DNA from: Zancudomyces culisetae HAW-14-8
Taxonomy: Eukaryota; Fungi; Kickxellomycota
Reading direction: 5' to 3'
DNA: 64,000 bases
Assembly: GCA_052426225.1 (NCBI GenBank)
Contig: JBNJNM010000008.1
Coordinates: 1,984,001 to 2,048,000 of the forward strand
Made by a program: the position numbers and the translations under genes. Each line of letters opens with the position of its first letter. The stretch's first letter is position 1. Below, piece by piece: positions 57,882 to 64,000 of the stretch. The notes under the pieces were generated by a model that was not told the DNA's origin, made no database searches, and saw nothing but the letters and a program-made list of their open reading frames with translations.

Positions 57882-58280
57882 TCAAACGAGCCATTTTGCG
57901 GAATTTGCAGAACTACCCAAGTCGCTCGTAATACTTCGTATGGTGTTGTAAGCAGATATAGACCTTATAAGACATATTCCATCACAGTCATTTCCGGTAC
58001 AGAGCATAATACTTCCAGGCGCTGGTGGTTGTTGAAGCCTTAGCGAATTTATTGGTGTGTCAAAGCTGTTACAAAGCCTGGGTGTAACTAACGAGAATGT
58101 ATATGTGCCTAAGAAATTTTCGTTTGGGTACTCAAACAAAAAGAAGTAGCCGCCCTCAGTTGCGGTTGGATCGTTTTGTATGACAATAGTTCCGTCTCGT
58201 TTTCGTAAATTTGTACCGATAACCAGATGTACCATCACAAGAACAGTAGTTATGGCACCTAGAACATGAGCCTTAAGCAT
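57882..58280 (-). CDS. Small secreted Cys-containing protein (paralog A), 132 aa
   Basis: Signal peptide, LRKR site, 4 Cys; aligns with 59553-59951. Confidence 0.85.
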   Translation of the reverse strand: MLKAHVLGAITTVLVMVHLVIGTNLRKRDGTIVIQNDPTATEGGYFFLFEYPNENFLGTYTFSLVTPRLCNSFDTPINSLRLQQPPAPGSIMLCTGNDCDGICLIRSISAYNTIRSITSDLGSSANSAKWLV

Positions 58281-59552
58281 TATCTCTATAGAATCTAAAC
58301 GTTATTGTTTTTTTTTGTAGCAAAGGATACAGAGGTTCTGTATAAAGGTATGTCTATTGTTAATCTTTTTGAAATACTGTATGATATGGTGAATATATAA
58401 AGTTGCCAAAGATTTTACAAATGCAGTTTACGTTGTAGAAGATAAAATAAAGAGGTTGGTAATATTATTTTTGCGTGAGTATCCATTAGCCAACCTGAAA
58501 AGTTATATAAAGTGTGTTGATAATTTAAGCCCACTTTCTTGTAACTTAGCCTACAGATTAGCGAGCTAAGCCTTCCGCATTTTTTTTAGTAAAAAATAGT
58601 TTATTTATCTTGGCCAAATACAATAGTTTTAAACAGAAAAATAATACCAACACTACAACCTTTACTGAGTAAATAACCCTATGGCCTTAATAACTACCTT
58701 AACTCCACTAATATTCCCTTTTTTGAAAATATAATAAGCATTTGCATTATAGCTCGCCAATGGCACCAGAATAAGTTAATTAAATTGTAAGACAAGATAC
58801 CATTTTGCTAAAAATGGAGAAAGGCACAACTCGCGTAGCTGCATTGTAAGATTTGATTCGACAAATATGCTCAGTAGTAACAATGGATCCATTGTTCTTT
58901 TAAAACAGGAGCGCTAAATAAATCACTAACAAATTGTGCATTTAATTAGTTTTTTTTTCGAGTTCAAGCATATTACTATTTTACAATATTTATATTCTTT
59001 AGCTTTTAGGCTGTGATGTATTTTAGTTTGTACATTTTAGCTACTGAAAAAGTGATTAAGAATAGGAGGAAACAAGAGAGTGAAAAAGAATGTTAAAGAA
59101 AATAAAGAAGTGTTGTGATGGTTGGTTTTACCATTAAACATCCTTTCATTTCATACTTGAAAATATCACCATCGCTCGGTTTGATTATTAAAACAGCGTT
59201 AACTTCAAGAACAAACGTACGAATATTCGTACCACGCCTAAACTGCAGTACATGTAAGTCAGAATCTAGTTAAGGCAAGATTCAGAAATAACAATTTTCG
59301 AAACTTATCAAGGGTTCGTCATATGCACATTTTTATACATGATCTGTATTGGTATACACATATTAACACCCTGAGAAAAAACCAGAGCCCAACTCAAATT
59401 GCAAAAAGTTAAATTATTTATTTATTTGTTTATTTATTTATTTATCTACTTATGAGAATAGCTATTGGCAAATATAAGTTTATGGCAAACTAGAAAAAAA
59501 TAAAAAGATATAAACGGTTCCGTAGAATGGGATCTTTTTATAACTCTAAGAC

Positions 59553-59951
59553 CTAGGCGAACCATTTTGCTGAGTATACTGGAGCACCAGCATCATAAAT
59601 AAGGTTGTTTGGATAATACCAGTCAGCCCTGGTTCTAAGTGCACACAATCCTCTACATAACATATCGGTACAAAGCATCATGTACCCTTTTCCAGGTACT
59701 CCTCCATTAAATTTGGCAGATAGTGATCCTGGTACTTCATAACATTGATTTGGTTTAAGTGTCATGGTTGAGTGTGTTCCTACAAAATCATAATATGAAT
59801 AAAGATCAAGTGTCAAAGTGGATGTCGACCCTGCGGTGGTACTAGCTGCACCTGCTCGCATTCCATTTGTGATCTCCACGCTTTTGCTATAGCACCCATA
59901 TATTAGTGCCAGAAATGCTACAATTACTCCTAAATAGCGTGATCCAAACAT
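59553..59951 (-). CDS. Small secreted Cys-containing protein (paralog B), 132 aa
   Basis: Signal peptide; shares Y...F.GT, C, G..MLCT...C.G.C..R and SAKW with paralog A. Confidence 0.85.
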   Translation of the reverse strand: MFGSRYLGVIVAFLALIYGCYSKSVEITNGMRAGAASTTAGSTSTLTLDLYSYYDFVGTHSTMTLKPNQCYEVPGSLSAKFNGGVPGKGYMMLCTDMLCRGLCALRTRADWYYPNNLIYDAGAPVYSAKWFA

Positions 59952-62341
59952 TGTTTATACTTAGTGTCAAAATTAGAATAAAGCGATAAGTTCTAGTGAG
60001 TTTTATAGCGCTCAAGGTTAGTCTAGATTGTTAGAGTATATGTCAATATATTAAATATTGGTTCTATATGTAAATCCAAAGGATGATGTGTTGATTAAGT
60101 TGCCTTGGATTATTGTCGAATTTCTTTCTGGTCGGTTTAAATACAAATTGCTCTATACAACAATACAGTGGTACAGGTATATTACCAATATTAATGAATA
60201 ACTTTGAGTGATTCCAATACAGATCACCTAGCTTTCAATAATGTCTAAAGCAGGTTGTCTGCACAGTGAAGGCAGAAGACGGTTGTGTTTCACCAGAACC
60301 TATATTTTTTTAAATTAATTAACCCAGCTATACAACCTGTAGTGGTATAAACCGATTTTACAGTTATTTTTTCCCCATTATTAAACGGATATACAGTATT
60401 AATTAAAAAGATATCTGCTATAGCATATAGCAAATGGGAAATAGTTCAATTGTCTCTTTGGCCTTGAGATACACCCTAAAAACCAATTATTGGAAAATTT
60501 CCAACCTCCTCCTTTTCAGATGCTTCTCCACAATTTACCAGTTGATTCATATTTTAATTTTTCCATTCAGGTTTTTAATAGCAAATGAATATACCAACCA
60601 ACACCCGGAGGATATGGAGTCTCTAGAAGGATCATTCATTGGTTAGATGTTACATAGGATTGTTATTTTTAGTGTTTTGATATTTATTTATTTAAACTCA
60701 TCAAGCAAAAAAAAACTAATAGTGTGCAAATTACCCACAAATGAAAGCGAGATTCAATGTTAATGCCTGAAACCAATTTAACACCAATATAAAAACAAAT
60801 TCAATATAGCATTGATAAGAAACAGAGGACGAGGTTGATAAGACGGAAAAAACATACCAGTTCTATGTTATTTTTACTAGTGAAACACCAGCCTCATCAT
60901 CTTGGTATCTCCTCACAAAAAAAAATAAGCAACCTGCGTGTTTGTGAATGCTTTGCGTAGACGATGAGAATGTTTAACACCTATAATATCACGCCGTATG
61001 ACACCGTATCACACCGTATCACATCATATTTCTTCATACCCCACCACCGCACTCCACCTCAATGTTTATATCCCCCCTCCGCACTCTCTGTGAAACAGGC
61101 ATAACCCCTTTTTCAGGTAGAGATTGCTCAGTGATATTTATTTTAATACAAAGCCGATCTACGTTTTTACAAAGAAATGAGTGACCTTTGAATTTCATAT
61201 AGACTGAGAGAATAAGGAAAAACAGACAAAATTATGGAAAAAGAATGAAACATTATCTGTTTTTGTTTTTTTTGGTAGAAAAAGCCAAGTATTCATGATC
61301 AACATAGTTAGCCATTTTTAGCCCTAGAGAAGTAGATTTTATGAGAGCTTAGTTAAATAGACACCACTTAACTTGAAAAACAAACACTTATGTGTTTATC
61401 ATGCAAAGCCAGGTTTTGACACTCTCCCTCCCCCTTTCTTTTCCATTTCACTCAAATTTCATTTCTTTTTCTTTTTGCAGCAGATTTTGTAAATGTGTGA
61501 ATATAGTGGAGCGAAACGAGGACTCTTTAGCACAAAGGGGTGTTATTTTGCTGCACCGGGGTTTTTTCCTACCCTATTTGCTGAGAGACTGTTTGTTTGG
61601 TACACATTTAATTTCCAAGTCCAGATATTTACGTTTCCATTTTTATGCAAACATAATCTTGGTGGATAACGGAGCAATTTAAGTGGAGGATAAAGTTATA
61701 GATCGATTTGTACTCAATTTCCTAAAACAATGACGCACGAATCCGCTCACGTTATTAATATAGTGCAAGTTTGTTAGACCGACATTTGTAATGACAGATG
61801 AATGAGCGTATAGCTATAAATATTAACGCACAGAAATCAGTCTTGGTATAATTCCAAAATGACGGATATTTTAAGTGTTGGATGGGACTCTAGTTTATTT
61901 CGTATTACCACTTTAATTTACCAGTTCACATCACCACAGAAAAAAATCCGTAAAATAAGGGACTGTCTTCGCTGATGGGTCGATTGAGATCAGTTGGTTC
62001 CCAATTTTTTGATACTCTTCTCGAAAATGTATTTGGAACTGATTTATATAAAAATTAATTTAACTTTACATTTTGACTCTTAAAAAAGGACAAAAGCATT
62101 TTTTTATCAAAAGAATATTATCAGCTCATTTAAGAGAATCAAGGTATAGAGAGATTGTAACATCAAAACTACCTTTAAGAGATTTTCACTAAGACGAATA
62201 TCGGTCAAGATATTAAAACAAAGTATTAACGTATTTAAAAGGTATGCAACTATCCTTCCTCTATCAGGACAGATTTGTAGCATACTAAACTAGAAGTATA
62301 TTTTTCATAACGATAATACAAATAGGAAAACTAGTATATTC

Positions 62342-64000
62342 ATGGATGTATTATTTGATCACCCAGATTTGGGTGTATTTTTCACACAACTAGTTGTGTG
62401 TCTACTATTCTTTTTGGCATACTTTCTGCTGTTCTGTTATTACAGGGAGAAAAAGATATACATATATACCCCAAAACTACATTTTGGAAGACTCCAAGAA
62501 AGAATTAAAGAGTTACCAAAAGGGTTTCTAAGCTGGATATTGCCATTGCTAGTGGTACCAGATAAACGATATATAAAGACAGCTGGACCGGATGGATACA
62601 TGTATTTATATAACCTGGAGCTGAACATTATTATATTTATAGCTATATCCTGTCTCTCCTTAGCGGTTTTAGTCCCCATTTACTATTTTAATGGTGCAAA
62701 TGGCAAAGGATTGGATAAGCTTTCCATCAACAATATACAAGTTGGCTCAAATAGTGTGTATCTGGAGAGCATATTTGCTCTGTTGTATTCAGGTAAATCT
62801 ATACTTTTAAAAAATAATTTATTTAATTATTAGCCGGGCAGAAAATCTTTGCATAAAGAATATTTTATTACTTGCATATGAAACCCACACATACGTACAT
62901 ACAAAAAAAAAGTATATTATAGATTTAGCTAGAATATGTATAATGTTAAAATTAATAGTTTCAGTAATAGCATCAAATTACGTTTTTGCAAAGGAAGCCA
63001 TCAAGATTCGTCAGTGGTATCTGAAAAACAAAGTCGAAAAATTAAAAGATGGGCTATATCCAGTGTTGGTAAGTGGATTGCCCAACGAAAGGGGAACTGA
63101 ACTTACAATGGCAGATCTGGCAGCAAACAATGTCGACGATGTCGATGATGTATATATGCTAAAATCAGCGATTGAAATTGAAACTTTTACTGAAATGAGA
63201 GATATCGTACAAGAAAAACTCGAAAATGCTCTTACATCAGTAGCCAGAGATGAGTTCAAATACAGAAAGGATAATCCCGAGAAGAACGATTTCTCGATTC
63301 GTAGTGATAGGTTGAGAGAGATAAGTGTATTGGCTGAGAGTATTGTAGATATTAACACCGATATAAAAACAGAAATCGACAACCTGTACGCTCAACAAAA
63401 CACTATGTCCGCAGTTATTGTGTTTCGAAATATCGCTTCAGCGCATAAATTTGTGATGAAAAAATCACATATTTTGGGACGAGAGACTCTTAGTCACATG
63501 CGATATACAGATTCCTCTTCTCATGCAATCAACTGGAGGAATCTAAATGTCACCTATCGAGAGCTTCTGACAAAAAGACACATTGGAACTATTGTCTGTG
63601 TGCTTTTGATCCTATTTTGGTCTATCCCAACAAGTTTTGTATCTGGACTGGCTTCCCTGTATAGTTTGCAGAATCTCGGTGCGTTTTCGTTTGTTAAGAA
63701 ATTACCGGCGATTATTCGGTGGGGAATAGAAGGGTTGGTTCCAACATTTGTGATGTATTATTTTTCACAAATACTTCCGTTTATGTTGAGGGCGATAATC
63801 AAATATGAAAGACACCCATTGATGCTGAACATTGAAAAAAGATTGGTGGACAAATATTTCGCATATTTGATATTCAATGTGTTTTTTGTGTATTTGGTTT
63901 CGGGAACAATTTGGTTAACAGTTACCAGTCTTCACAAAAATATAAATGTGGGGCTCACAAAGCTGGTGTATGGTGCAATTGAAAACAGCCAATTCTTTAT
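62342..64000 (+). CDS. OSCA/TMEM63/CSC1 (RSN1-like) calcium-permeable channel, 3'-partial; intron 62793-62958
   Basis: IYTPK, GFLSWI, AGPDGYMYL, LVPIY, GLDKLSINNI, AINWRNL, FWSIPTSFV. Open to the window end. Confidence 0.88.

Noticed and set aside
60990-61024. ACACCGTATC x3 tandem repeat as a CRISPR-like array
   Set aside because: Contiguous 10-bp units without spacers in a eukaryote; a simple minisatellite.
411-63382. Many short antisense or alternative-frame ORFs in the ORF track
   Set aside because: They are shadows of real genes or AT-rich noise, many with TTG/GTG starts and no motifs.

Overview
AT-rich, intron-containing eukaryotic DNA. The genes are fungal-type, and an early-diverging fungus such as a Kickxellomycotina/Harpellales gut fungus is plausible, but that is inference only. 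Host genes: FEN1/RAD27, SF3A2/PRP11, SF3B3/RSE1, kynureninase, a PhnP-like metallo-beta-lactamase, TAF9, RPS14, eIF4B, MDM12, CDC20, an SRPK kinase, a partial OSCA/CSC1 channel, a coiled-coil protein, a transposase-type HTH protein, several orphan secreted proteins and one tRNA-Val(CAC). Three young retroelements of different classes each sit directly next to a host gene: a Ty3/gypsy element ending 8 bp upstream of the tRNA, a 5'-truncated LINE with TSDs 41 bp upstream of TAF9, and an intact DIRS1-like tyrosine-recombinase element upstream of CDC20. Best leads: (1) the DIRS element has a canonical G-quadruplex between its ICR and 3' ITR, a 1237-codon recombinase frame overprinting all of gag and RT, and a candidate -1 frameshift; (2) the gypsy LTR end places a TATA box at -34 of the tRNA; (3) RPS14 intron 2 folds into a long G-U-rich duplex; (4) sharp G-rich to C-rich strand-skew switches occur inside genes; (5) there is a candidate amphipathic peptide precursor and a tandem pair of crystallin-like secreted proteins. 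All coordinates, splice models and folds were read by eye; no searches or folding programs were run.
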